64,000 nucleotides of DNA, from contig CAYNPJ010000001.1 in the NCBI GenBank assembly GCA_964399055.1, forward strand, positions 1,255,347-1,319,346, in the 5' to 3' direction. The notes below the pieces were generated by a model. The model saw only the letters and a list, made by a program, of their open reading frames with translations, searched no databases and was not told the origin of the DNA. Positions 49,045-57,848 of the stretch are shown here, piece after piece. A program made the position numbers and the translations under genes. This DNA is from an uncultured Ignavibacteria bacterium. Lineage in GTDB: Bacteria > Zixibacteria > MSB-5A5 > DSPP01 > RBG-1. How positions within the stretch are numbered: position 1 is the stretch's first letter; each line of letters begins with the position of its first letter.

Positions 49045-50490
49045 TTAAAACGTCAGCTCCCAACTCGTCTGATTAGGCACTTCAGTTTCCAGACGCAATA
49101 TCGAACCGGATGGCACATGGATGTTGAACCGATATTTTGAATCCGAGGGAGTTAAAACTGTATTCGGGAACAGGTCCAGATACCAGTAGCCGTTATTATC
49201 CGTAACCGTGGTTTTGTAGTAGGGTGAAATCACTACTGACAGATATTTCAGCGGCACAGTTTTGTTCAAGGCCCCCACTTTAGCTCCCACCACTGGCAGA
49301 TTATTGATATCCTTGACATAGCCGTACACCCGGCACAGGGCTGGCGAAGGCGGGGTTCCAGGGTCAAAGGCTGAGCCGTAGTAGGTAACACTTGTGCTGC
49401 CGTTGACTATGACCGATTCAGGTACAGTGAAGACGTATCCGGGCTTGAATAATCTGACTTTATAAATGGCATCGTTCAGTGCAAAGACCGCCTCACCCAG
49501 ACTGTTGGTGGTCAAGAGACCTTCAGTAGCTGTCTGGCTCTGATTTAAGACCTGAACCTGAACTCCATTGAGAACACTGCTGTCTGCGGAGGACTTTGCA
49601 GTGATAGTAACCTGATTGCTTCCAGTCCCGGCTCCGGAAGTCAGGGTCCTGGTCGACCAGGTCCAGACATGCGCGGCAACTGTATCCGGGTCAGAGGCTC
49701 CGGCATTGACCGCCAAGACCTTGGGGACTGTGTCTGCTAAAGTTATCGCATTCTGGTAGGACCAAACGTACTTAGCCACGGTATCCGGTTTGGTGTAATT
49801 TCCCCAGTTGAAGATGTTAAAAGTCTTGTCTGAGGCATCAGCCGAGATTTTCCCTCCGATGTTAGTGGTATCTGTCAGAGTGCGGACTGCATTGTCCCAC
49901 TGATTGTCATCAATGGCCGAGATATCCTTGTCCAATCTTTTTCCGAAACTGCCGGCAGCAGTATGGCCGGACTGCAGCTCATCCCAGATGTCGTCTACTC
50001 CGGTCGAAGAGAGCCGGTAGCCGGTTTTGTCGAGATTGGCAGATAAATTGCCGGTCGTATCAGTGGAAACAATGCGAACTTCATTGTAACTTCCGCCGCA
50101 AGACCAGCTGTAAGTTTTAAAGAGTCCGAAAACTTTTTTGGAGTTAATGTAATCCCAGCCACGAATTTCGGCATAGTAAATTCCCTGAGTGTTCGAGCCG
50201 TCTGAGGCTTTTACCCTGAAAACGTAATGACCTGTTCCTCTTTGCAGTGAAGATAAAGTTGGGGTAGTCCCTGAATGATAAATAGTGGAATCAACCAGAA
50301 CCGGACTGGCTCCAGTCGGTTGCCTGAATCTCAAAACAATGGCAGTATCAGCGGCAATCGGTGCCAGACTAATGGTTGAATCTACGCAGGTCCAGGAAAA
50401 GGAGACCGAATCACCTGTGGCATACCAGCCTAAAAATTGCGCTGAAGCTGGAACTGTAAAAAACAAAAATGCGAGTATAAGTTTCTTCAT
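49045..50490 (-). CDS. Virion-type protein with Sec signal peptide and C-terminal carboxypeptidase-regulatory-like domains
   Basis: MKKLILAFLFFTVPASA signal; D.IWDELQSGH..AGSFG and VW.W.TRTLT motifs; C.VYG.V.D....PV.GA.V transthyretin-like domain. Confidence 0.7.
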   Translation of the reverse strand: MKKLILAFLFFTVPASAQFLGWYATGDSVSFSWTCVDSTISLAPIAADTAIVLRFRQPTGASPVLVDSTIYHSGTTPTLSSLQRGTGHYVFRVKASDGSNTQGIYYAEIRGWDYINSKKVFGLFKTYSWSCGGSYNEVRIVSTDTTGNLSANLDKTGYRLSSTGVDDIWDELQSGHTAAGSFGKRLDKDISAIDDNQWDNAVRTLTDTTNIGGKISADASDKTFNIFNWGNYTKPDTVAKYVWSYQNAITLADTVPKVLAVNAGASDPDTVAAHVWTWSTRTLTSGAGTGSNQVTITAKSSADSSVLNGVQVQVLNQSQTATEGLLTTNSLGEAVFALNDAIYKVRLFKPGYVFTVPESVIVNGSTSVTYYGSAFDPGTPPSPALCRVYGYVKDINNLPVVGAKVGALNKTVPLKYLSVVISPYYKTTVTDNNGYWYLDLFPNTVLTPSDSKYRFNIHVPSGSILRLETEVPNQTSWELTF

Positions 50491-50513
50491 TAAATGGTGA
50501 GCTTGTCGAATCA

Positions 50514-51986
50514 TTAGTTTGACCTCATCAATCTTTCCCTTCTGATGTTTTTGACTCCACCACTCGGAGGTGTGTAAGTTACATACAGCCGGGTGTCATT
50601 GGTAGCATGCTCGGAAGAGTAGACTACTTTGCAGGTATTGGATGAAGTTTCCAGCGGATGTTTCCAGATACAGCCATAATTATTCCAGGTGCCATCTACC
50701 CAGTTTTGCACGGCAGTCTCAAATCCGCTCACACTAATCCAGCCATCCGGATAGCCAATGGCAGGGGCAACTATGTTGTCTGAAAAATCGCCCCCGGCAG
50801 CGGTCCAGGCCGTGTCAGGATTGCGGGTCCGATAATTCCAGCTCACTTCACTCTCGACCCATCGGCTGATAATTCTTTTGACCTGATAAACTACTTCTGA
50901 ATTTGTGCAGGAAGCCCCTAAGTTATAATAGTGAGAATCGACTGCCGCGGTAATGATTGCACCGCCGGGAATATCTGAGAAGTCCCATTGGATGACCATT
51001 CTGGCTTTTGTATTGCCGACTTTGCCGAAATAATTGGTGGTGGAATTGCCGTAATTCAAAGTGGGATTAGATTCGTCCAGCCAGGCATCGATGATTTTGG
51101 TAGTCCCCTTGATTTGCACCGCATCATCGAAAATTATTTCGCCAGCCGGTAAATTGACAAAATCAGAATAGCGGTAGCCTAAAATCATCAGAAAATTAGT
51201 TCCGGCCTTGATGAAGGTTTTTCTTAAAATAGGCTTGGGGGCTAAAGAGTCGCTGGTATAGATTATTTCTTGCGGGAATAGACCCCAAACACTATCAACG
51301 GCGTGTCTAATCAGAATAGGATTTTCAGTATCAAACCGGTCAGCCCAACGGACTGAATCAGCGCCGTCAAATAAGTCCTTCAGGTCTGACAAATCCATTC
51401 TGTAAACCAGACAGAGCCAGGCATTAGCCGGGGCAATCCCGAAATTGGTAGGCGAAGGTAGATTAGCTCTGGCTGTGGCAGTTATTTTCAAATAGCCGAT
51501 TAAGGCTCGGTTGTGATAGCGCAAGGCATACTGCACACCAGGGAAAATGTTCGAGAAAATTAAACTGTCTCCCCTTAAAGTAGGTTTCTTCCAGCTTGTG
51601 GTTCTTATTACCTGTCTGTTTTTATTGGAGTCATCAAAGTAAATTAACCCCTGTAATCTCCAGCCTATCTGCCTTCCCTTGAATCTGACCCTGACATTGC
51701 CCAGAGTATCAACTGCCGTAGCATAGACTCCGGTTTTAACATAAGCCAGAGTATCGCCGGAGATTTTCCAGTTCGGGTCAATCTTCTGCCACTGGTTCAA
51801 AGAGTCCCGGTAAAATACCGGCGCTCCCCGATAAACTATCTGTTCCTGTCCATCCGCCAGCCTGATTCTGAAAGTGGCTTCGTCGATGATGACTGTGTCA
51901 TCCGCAGCATAGGTTATACCCCACTCGTGGTGAGCACAGCCGAACCAAAAGAGCAACATTGAAAGTAATACTTTAAGTCTGACCAT
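50514..51986 (-). CDS. Exported (possible lipoprotein) protein with C-terminal DNRLRE-type domain
   Basis: MVRLKVLLSMLLFWFGC signal/lipobox; DAWLDE.NPT.NYG, ...QWDFSDIP, YSSEH....L.VTY; start chosen at ATG 51986 with purine-rich RBS. Confidence 0.7.
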   Translation of the reverse strand: MVRLKVLLSMLLFWFGCAHHEWGITYAADDTVIIDEATFRIRLADGQEQIVYRGAPVFYRDSLNQWQKIDPNWKISGDTLAYVKTGVYATAVDTLGNVRVRFKGRQIGWRLQGLIYFDDSNKNRQVIRTTSWKKPTLRGDSLIFSNIFPGVQYALRYHNRALIGYLKITATARANLPSPTNFGIAPANAWLCLVYRMDLSDLKDLFDGADSVRWADRFDTENPILIRHAVDSVWGLFPQEIIYTSDSLAPKPILRKTFIKAGTNFLMILGYRYSDFVNLPAGEIIFDDAVQIKGTTKIIDAWLDESNPTLNYGNSTTNYFGKVGNTKARMVIQWDFSDIPGGAIITAAVDSHYYNLGASCTNSEVVYQVKRIISRWVESEVSWNYRTRNPDTAWTAAGGDFSDNIVAPAIGYPDGWISVSGFETAVQNWVDGTWNNYGCIWKHPLETSSNTCKVVYSSEHATNDTRLYVTYTPPSGGVKNIRRERLMRSN

Positions 51987-52293
51987 TGGCCCTCTTCCCA
52001 TTCTTCCTATTCTTCCAGGCCAGACTCCCGCTGAAAGCCAGCCCTCCAGCCAAAGCGAAATCAATAAGCCGGTCGGTCAGATTTCTTCTCAAATCCTTCA
52101 GTTCCGCCAGATCCTGATTCAGATGGGTCAACTCAGTCTTGATTTCCGCCAGGGTGACCGAGATGTTCTTAAACTCCTGCTGGTTAGCCTGATTCACCTT
52201 TTCAAACTCACTCCGGCTGACTAATTCAGAAGTCCACCCAATTGATATCATAGCTAACCAGGCCAATCCGAATATAATTGTCTTCTTTGTCAT
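51973..52293 (-). CDS. Small membrane coiled-coil protein (N- and C-terminal hydrophobic segments; XhlA/lysis-accessory-like)
   Basis: MTKKTIIFGLAWLAMISIG, heptad repeat, FALAGGLAFSGSLAW; RBS GGAGG. Confidence 0.6.
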   Translation of the reverse strand: MTKKTIIFGLAWLAMISIGWTSELVSRSEFEKVNQANQQEFKNISVTLAEIKTELTHLNQDLAELKDLRRNLTDRLIDFALAGGLAFSGSLAWKNRKNGKRANGQT

Positions 52294-52312
52294 ATTATCT
52301 AATCCTCCGGCT

Positions 52313-52351
52313 GTCATTCCGAGCCCCGACCAGTCAGGGCGAAGGAATCCC
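52313..52351. repeat. Family A half element
   Basis: GTCATTCCGAG...GAAGGAATCCC. Confidence 0.6.
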
Positions 52352-52382
52352 GCGGCTGTTTTGATGAGTCAGCATTCCTCTC

Positions 52383-52631
52383 CTAGTCAACCTTGTTCTT
52401 AGTTGCATTCTTTTCCAGCTCCTCATTTACCAATTCATCAACCATCTGCCAAAAGACCTTCTCCTTCTCCGACTCGTCTTTGATCTTGTATTTCAGCTCA
52501 ATCACCTTCAGCAGGTCAGCCAATTTCGGCTCCAAATCCTTGACCTTGAGCTTGCTTCCGATTCGCTCCTGTACCTCCTGCAGAAACTCAAAGTCCGACA
52601 GGTCCATCTTGCTCCTCTTGCGAAACCACAA
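52383..52631 (-). CDS. Small helical hypothetical phage protein
   Basis: RBS GGAGA; charged helical 82 aa; co-oriented with the module. Confidence 0.6.
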   Translation of the reverse strand: MWFRKRSKMDLSDFEFLQEVQERIGSKLKVKDLEPKLADLLKVIELKYKIKDESEKEKVFWQMVDELVNEELEKNATKNKVD

Positions 52632-52691
52632 TTCTCTTCTTCTCCTTTTTCATTTCACTAATCAGTCAGCAAATCAAACTCATCTTCAACT

Positions 52692-52754
52692 AACCCCTCC
52701 CTTGAAAGGGAGAGTTTTTGCACTCTCTCCTTTTAGGAGAGGGTAGGGAGAGGT
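52692..52754. repeat. Family B element
   Basis: ACCCCTCCCTTGAAAGGGAG..CTCTCTCCTTTTAGGAGAGGG..GGAGAGGT. Confidence 0.7.
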
Positions 52755-52784
52755 AAGTTCACTTAATTTTGTTTAAAACCACAC

Positions 52785-53156
52785 TCATCCATTCTCAACA
52801 ATTATCAAATCCACCATCCCGTTAGCTTCGCTTTCGCTCAGCTTGGCAATCTTAAACCCGCTTGAACTCTCCTGCCCCACTATCAGACATTCAACTTCAT
52901 TCTTCTGCAGAATAATCACCTTGGGATTGGAGATACTCTGCGGCAGTTGATTACCCCGGAAATCATACAGCTGTGAAAAATTCACGCTCTGCTCTGTGCC
53001 GCCCAAAATTTCCCGCGCCAAAATCAGGCGATGGGAACTGCTGCTTGATTCACTCCACAGCAGAATTGGAGTGACCGCCGCATACTCTCCGTAGACCGAG
53101 AAATTATTCACTACCCAAACTCTCCTACCCCGCAAATAATCAAGTGTTATATTCAT
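52785..53156 (-). CDS. Hypothetical beta-rich phage-module protein
   Basis: 123-aa ORF co-oriented in the module; no family recognised. Confidence 0.65.
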   Translation of the reverse strand: MNITLDYLRGRRVWVVNNFSVYGEYAAVTPILLWSESSSSSHRLILAREILGGTEQSVNFSQLYDFRGNQLPQSISNPKVIILQKNEVECLIVGQESSSGFKIAKLSESEANGMVDLIIVENG

Positions 53157-53166
53157 AGTATAGTGA

Positions 53167-53240
53167 GCTTGCTTGCCCTGAGCTTGTGGTTCGACTTTGC
53201 TTACACCCTGAACTTGTTGAGGGGTCGAAGGGTCGAACCA
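53167..53240. repeat. Nested CCCTGAGCTTGTCGAAGGG-type sub-module repeat
   Basis: CCCTGAGCTTGT...CCCTGAACTTGTTGAGGGGTCGAAGGG: one copy inserted inside another. Confidence 0.55.
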
Positions 53241-53250
53241 TTCTCAATTA

Positions 53251-54087
53251 TTACCCTTCACTCTTTACTTTAACTGGTACCTCTAACTGGCTCTTTATCT
53301 TTAAATAACCAGCCAGCAAGTCCTCTGCTTGCCGGCGATAGTCCTGTCCCAAGGCTGACCAAGAATCTGACAGCGCTTTAGCCTGATTTCCCGGCAAATT
53401 CTGATTGACCGCCTCCAGAGATTTCATCTTGCACAGAATGGAGACTGCCCAGTAAGTCTCGGCGGTGATTAAATTCTGCTCGTTGGATTGGAAATAGGCC
53501 GAATCTATACGGCTTAAAACCTGCCCGTCTGCCTCCACGAGGGCATTGGCTACCAAATCATCTGAGAAGAATCCGAATTCCACCTGATAGTCAATAAATA
53601 CCCATTGCCCTTCCTCAATGCTTCCGTTGCTCAGTCGGGATATCTCCCCCTTTTGATAATCCAGACTGTAGTCGGTCCCGTTCTGATAGATTCTAAAGTA
53701 GAGATACCAGATTACCGCGCTGGAGCCGGAGGGAATCGTTCCCCCGGTCAGGCGGGTAATTATCCCACTGTCATATTCTAAGTGATAGTCAACGTTCTCA
53801 ACGTAGATTGTGCCTAAGGATGAATCAGTGGCAACCACTAGGCTCTCTGGTATTAATTCCGAATGCGGTAACTGCACCGTATCCCCGGAGACAAAACTGA
53901 CGTCTTGCCGGGTAGGGACCACCTGCTCTTTGCCTTTGACCTTTTCCGAGCCGCTTTTCAGATTTCTGTCAGGCAGTTGCACCCCGGAAGTCGCGCTTAA
54001 ACGGATCAGCACGTTCTCTCTTTCCGTCAGCCCCACCTGGTGCTGCTGCAGATGTTTCTTGACTAAATCAATATTGGTAAATGGCAT
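53251..54087 (-). CDS. Head-tail adaptor-like protein with inserted beta-sandwich repeats
   Basis: N-terminal M.FT..D.VK..L and C-terminal SDD.V...L.EA...V helical bundle typical of gp6/gp15-type connectors; two Y....DY..DY..G.I.R repeats in between. Confidence 0.55.
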   Translation of the reverse strand: MPFTNIDLVKKHLQQHQVGLTERENVLIRLSATSGVQLPDRNLKSGSEKVKGKEQVVPTRQDVSFVSGDTVQLPHSELIPESLVVATDSSLGTIYVENVDYHLEYDSGIITRLTGGTIPSGSSAVIWYLYFRIYQNGTDYSLDYQKGEISRLSNGSIEEGQWVFIDYQVEFGFFSDDLVANALVEADGQVLSRIDSAYFQSNEQNLITAETYWAVSILCKMKSLEAVNQNLPGNQAKALSDSWSALGQDYRRQAEDLLAGYLKIKSQLEVPVKVKSEG

Positions 54088-54115
54088 TTTCTTCTTTTCA
54101 TTCTTTTATCGTGCT

Positions 54116-54263
54116 GTCATTCCGAGGACCCTGTCTTCGACCCTGAAGGGCTCAGACCCGAAGGGAGCCTGTCGAAGGGGACGTGGGAATCCCGTTGAAC
54201 TTACTGCGTCTCTTAGCAAGGGGACTGCCACGCCCTTCGACTTCGCTCAGGGCTCGCAGTGAC
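54116..54263. repeat. Family A full element with nested inserts
   Basis: GTCATTCCGAGG...GTGGGAATCCC..spacer..GGGACTGCCAC...CTCGCAGTGAC. Confidence 0.8.
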
Positions 54264-54309
54264 GGCCATGTCACTGTCATTCTGAAATGTTTAGTTTTCA
54301 TGTTCGCAC

Positions 54310-55731
54310 TCATCCTGTCAGATAATCGTTCTTTCCAATCGCCGTAATCTGTGTCCCCACCGGCGCGGTAGTGTATCCAACCGTGACCAAGAGTCGCACC
54401 CAGTACTTAGTCGAGCCGTTGACCGAATTGTTCTGCCAGTCTGGAGGCACTGAATTCAAATCCTGCCACAGCACCACAGTTTGCGGTGAGGAGGTCAAAT
54501 GAAATACACCCGAGTAAAGCGTGAAAGTAGTCCAGGTGGAGCCGTTCCAGTACTGCCAGGCAACTTCACCCGTAATCCCGGAAGTCGAGAGTATAAAACT
54601 GGCCAGATTGAACTTCGAGTCCATTCCCAGATAGAGCGCATCCCCTGCGTCCTTTACTAAGCCGTTTGAAGTGGGATGAAATATGTCTGCTACTGAAGTG
54701 TCGGATGCCTCCGCAGTCTTATCTGCAAACTGATTGCCGGCAGATTGGTCGTAGCAGAAGACCTTGTCAAAAGTTTTGCTACCCGAATTCAGAACTGCCG
54801 GAGTGGTAAATGCGCTCCCGGATTTGTAGCTGTAATAAAGCTGATTCTGGTTAGTTCCAATATTCTTAGTCCAGAAGAGATAGGCGACGTTCCGCTGGAA
54901 TTGCAGATTCAGGCTGACTGGGGCAGTGCTGTCTATGGTGAACAGACCGGACCAGAGATTCCCGTCGAATTCCTTGTAGAACAAACCGCCACTGGCTTTG
55001 AAAGCTAAGCCGATTCTTCTGTCCGCCGACAGAGCCGGACAGAAATTGTAATCCAAGCCAGTACCGGAATAAACTGTAACTGCCAAGTCCCAGGTCGAGC
55101 CTGAAATTTCCAGTCCCCGATATTCTAAAGAAGTCCCGGCCTGAGTGTAAAAACAGTAGATGTAGCTGGGGAGAAAAATCAGGCTGGAATAGGCCGAACT
55201 GACTGCCCCGGAATTCAAAGCGGTGCCTAAGTCACTCGGCCCTGCCCCCCAGCTGCTTCCTTCATTGACCGAAGTTTTGACTCTTATATAGTAACGGGCT
55301 TCTGAAGTATTATAGTGAGTCCAGCTGCAGAGCAGCCTGCCGGTAGAGTCTTTTAGAAGCGAGGGATAAAAATTCTGCTCCACGTTAACGATAGTAGCCG
55401 GAGTTCCCACACTCCAGGCTCCGTTGGCAAAAGTCAGCTTGACGAAATTCAGGGCTAAGCTGGTCTGGACTGTGTAAGCTAAGTGAACATTGAAACTCTC
55501 ATCCATGAAAGCGCTGCCCGGATAGTCGGCTGAATCGGTTGCAATCGTCTGGGCCGCAGACCAGCTCAGATATGGGAAATCGGCCCAGCGAAAGATCAGG
55601 GTATTGGCATTCTGAGGATAAATCACTATCACCCTGCCGGCATACTGCCCGGAAGAAATCTGAAACACCTTCCTCTGCGAAGGCAAACCGCTCCCGAACT
55701 GCGCGCTTACTGTGTCAATCAGTCTCTGCAT
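54310..55731 (-). CDS. Beta-propeller-like virion-associated protein
   Basis: Repeated beta-blade/Asp-box-like segments (SVNEGSSW, SGSTW, FDGNLW); immediately downstream of the major capsid gene; no signal peptide. Confidence 0.55.
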   Translation of the reverse strand: MQRLIDTVSAQFGSGLPSQRKVFQISSGQYAGRVIVIYPQNANTLIFRWADFPYLSWSAAQTIATDSADYPGSAFMDESFNVHLAYTVQTSLALNFVKLTFANGAWSVGTPATIVNVEQNFYPSLLKDSTGRLLCSWTHYNTSEARYYIRVKTSVNEGSSWGAGPSDLGTALNSGAVSSAYSSLIFLPSYIYCFYTQAGTSLEYRGLEISGSTWDLAVTVYSGTGLDYNFCPALSADRRIGLAFKASGGLFYKEFDGNLWSGLFTIDSTAPVSLNLQFQRNVAYLFWTKNIGTNQNQLYYSYKSGSAFTTPAVLNSGSKTFDKVFCYDQSAGNQFADKTAEASDTSVADIFHPTSNGLVKDAGDALYLGMDSKFNLASFILSTSGITGEVAWQYWNGSTWTTFTLYSGVFHLTSSPQTVVLWQDLNSVPPDWQNNSVNGSTKYWVRLLVTVGYTTAPVGTQITAIGKNDYLTG

Positions 55732-55795
55732 TACTTTTCTTCTCTATCATGGTTGGTCGTACGGCGGGATCATTCCCGCCCTCTTTTACCAGCCA

Positions 55796-55956
55796 GTCAT
55801 CGCGAGCCCCGAGCTTTGTCGAGGGGCGTGGCGATCCCTAATTCTCTGCTGTCACTGCGAGCGAAGCGTGGCAGTCCCATTGTTAATTGACGCAGCCAAT
55901 TCTTCGGGATTGCCACGTCGAGCCCCGATAAGACTCGGGGCTTTCCTCGCAATGAC
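55796..55956. repeat. Family A: half element plus full element
   Basis: GTCATCGCGAG..GTGGCGATCCC then GTCACTGCGAGCGAAGCGTGGCAGTCCC..GGGATTGCCACGTCG..CTCGCAATGAC. Confidence 0.85.
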
Positions 55957-55972
55957 TCCTTTGTCATTTTCC

Positions 55973-57076
55973 TTACCACGACACATCCAGAATCATACTG
56001 GCCCCGCCAATCACCTTGGCATAGGCTACCGACTCCGAGACCACTGCCTCTTCGAATTTCTGGTCGATGATTTTGTCATACTCAATCATCAGAGGCTGGG
56101 CAATTACTTCCTCGATGGCAAAGCGCTGGTCCAGACCGATGATTAAGTCTGTGGGGACTTCATCCGAGCGCAAAAGAGTCGAGCCCAGAGGAGAGACCAG
56201 TTCTCCGGTGGCCTGAAACTTGAATCCGGCCAGGGGATCTTTGAACTCGGTCATGGTCAGAATGGTCTTGATTTTGTCCTTGTGCGCCAAAATCGTGTTC
56301 ATCTGGAAAGGATAGAACTCATTCCAGAAGGTGATTAAGTCTGAATAAGCCAGGGTGCCGGTAACTGCGGTATTAATCACTGTGGCCGGATTGCTGTTTC
56401 CGTCCCCGTTGATGATGGTATTGACGATGAGACCTAACTTGTCGGTCTGCAGACGGAATCCCAAGAACCAGAGCAGAACTTTGAATTGAGCCGTGGTCCG
56501 GTAGCGCAGCGCCTTGTAAGAAGTGCGCAGGGTTACTCCATAATCCGGCACATTGATAGAGTGCAATTGCTCGGTTACTGTAACCGAAGGCACTTCTGCC
56601 CCATCACCAATCGGACGGAGCGACAGTTTGCTGTCTGCGGCCGCCACATTCACGAAAAAGGGCGTGTAGCGATTTGAATTTACAATCGAAGATGAGGCAA
56701 TCACCCGGTTTAACTCCGAGCGCATCTTCATTCCGTTCTTGATTTCCCGGAGCATGAACTCAGGTAAAAGTGCCGGAGCGCCCTGGTAAAAGAGCTCCAC
56801 TGTGGTTGGATTCTTTCCGCCTACTCTGACTCCATGCGCCGCTAACTGTCTCTCAAAAGCGTCCAAAGGCGAGCCTAAAGGCGTGGGGTCAAATTCCGGA
56901 GTCTCTAAAAGCTCAGTTAAGGTCATCCCCTTAGACTGTGCTTCCAGATAAGTCTCCTGTGTAATTCTAATCTGTTTGGCCCGGCTTAAATCCACATAAG
57001 CGGCCGGCTTTTCCTGATGAGCCTTCTCCAGCCATCTCTGGCCGGCAGGTAATTCCAAGATTTTTTCTAATTCCAT
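55973..57076 (-). CDS. Major capsid protein (HK97-fold)
   Basis: LDAFERQL, L.PEF..R.I..G, DGAEVP, G..L..SY.ALR, IINGDGN, D...A.E.V; position after protease and cement genes; RBS AAGGAG. Confidence 0.85.
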   Translation of the reverse strand: MELEKILELPAGQRWLEKAHQEKPAAYVDLSRAKQIRITQETYLEAQSKGMTLTELLETPEFDPTPLGSPLDAFERQLAAHGVRVGGKNPTTVELFYQGAPALLPEFMLREIKNGMKMRSELNRVIASSSIVNSNRYTPFFVNVAAADSKLSLRPIGDGAEVPSVTVTEQLHSINVPDYGVTLRTSYKALRYRTTAQFKVLLWFLGFRLQTDKLGLIVNTIINGDGNSNPATVINTAVTGTLAYSDLITFWNEFYPFQMNTILAHKDKIKTILTMTEFKDPLAGFKFQATGELVSPLGSTLLRSDEVPTDLIIGLDQRFAIEEVIAQPLMIEYDKIIDQKFEEAVVSESVAYAKVIGGASMILDVSW

Positions 57077-57120
57077 TTCTTCTCCTTAAAAATCGTTTCT
57101 CGTTTGTCTATGTCGTGGCC

Positions 57121-57255
57121 GTCATTGCGAGCGACTTGTCCTGAACGAAGTTGAAGTAAGCGAAGCAATCTGGTATTAATGACCCCTCCTTATTCCTCCC
57201 CTTTAGGGGAGGAGACTTTTCCCCCTCTCCTAGAGGAGAGGGTTGGGGTGAGGTC
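57121..57255. repeat. Family A half element followed by a complete family B element
   Basis: GTCATTGCGAGCGA...GCGAAGCAATCT (57121-57171); GACCCCTCC...CTCCCCTTTAGGGGAG...CTCTCCTAGAGGAGAG...GGTGAGGTC (57181-57255). Confidence 0.8.
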
Positions 57256-57262
57256 ATTCTTT

Positions 57263-57682
57263 TCACATTATCACCGTGCAGTCAGTAGTCCCGTTCACCG
57301 CGATAACAGTTCCCCTGGCAATATTTCCTCCTGCCGGGTCATTGCCAGCCAGAGCGGGCGCCTGCTTCACTTTTCCTGCCGCCGCGCCTACCACTCTATT
57401 TCCTACAACTGGCACAGTGGCAGCCACGGCAACGGTCATAACTCCCTTAATCTGAACAGTGGCGACTCTTTTTCCGTTTTCCGCATCAGTCAGAGTCAAA
57501 TCCACTAACTTGCCGATGAAGACCGAGTTGTCAGTGCAGGGGCCGACTTCACTGTTATTGGTGATGGTGACCGCCTTGCCGATATCCGCATCCTTCAAAT
57601 CATCCATCCCTGCGGTCTGCTTGATGGAAAAGGTAGCGTACACCGGGCTTACTGCTTCCAAATTCTGTGGTCTAATGGCCAT
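57263..57682 (-). CDS. Capsid cement/decoration protein (DUF2190-like)
   Basis: GKAVTI....VG......FIG......D......VQI.G pattern; small Gly/Ala/Val-rich protein between protease and capsid genes; RBS AAGGAGG. Confidence 0.65.
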   Translation of the reverse strand: MAIRPQNLEAVSPVYATFSIKQTAGMDDLKDADIGKAVTITNNSEVGPCTDNSVFIGKLVDLTLTDAENGKRVATVQIKGVMTVAVAATVPVVGNRVVGAAAGKVKQAPALAGNDPAGGNIARGTVIAVNGTTDCTVIM

Positions 57683-57719
57683 TCTTCCTCCTTAAGGTAT
57701 TTTTCTAAAATTCGCGGTA

Positions 57720-57831
57720 GTCATTGCGAGCTCCGACTTGTCGGAGCGTGGCAATCCCATTGTTAATGGACGCAGCCAATTCCTGGGGATTCCCACGTCG
57801 TCCCGATTCCATCGGGACTCCTCGGAATGAC
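57720..57831. repeat. Family A full element (spacer nearly identical to the 55851-55956 copy)
   Basis: GTCATTGCGAG..GTGGCAATCCCATTGTTAATGGACGCAGCCAATTC..GGGATTCCCACGTCG..CTCGGAATGAC. Confidence 0.85.
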
Positions 57832-57848
57832 AGCCCTTTGTGGCATAG

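Noticed and set aside
55973-57076. Encapsulin nanocompartment interpretation of the capsid gene
   Set aside because: Neighbours are terminase, prohead protease, adaptor and lysis genes rather than cargo enzymes; kept only as a possibility if the portal proves absent genome-wide.
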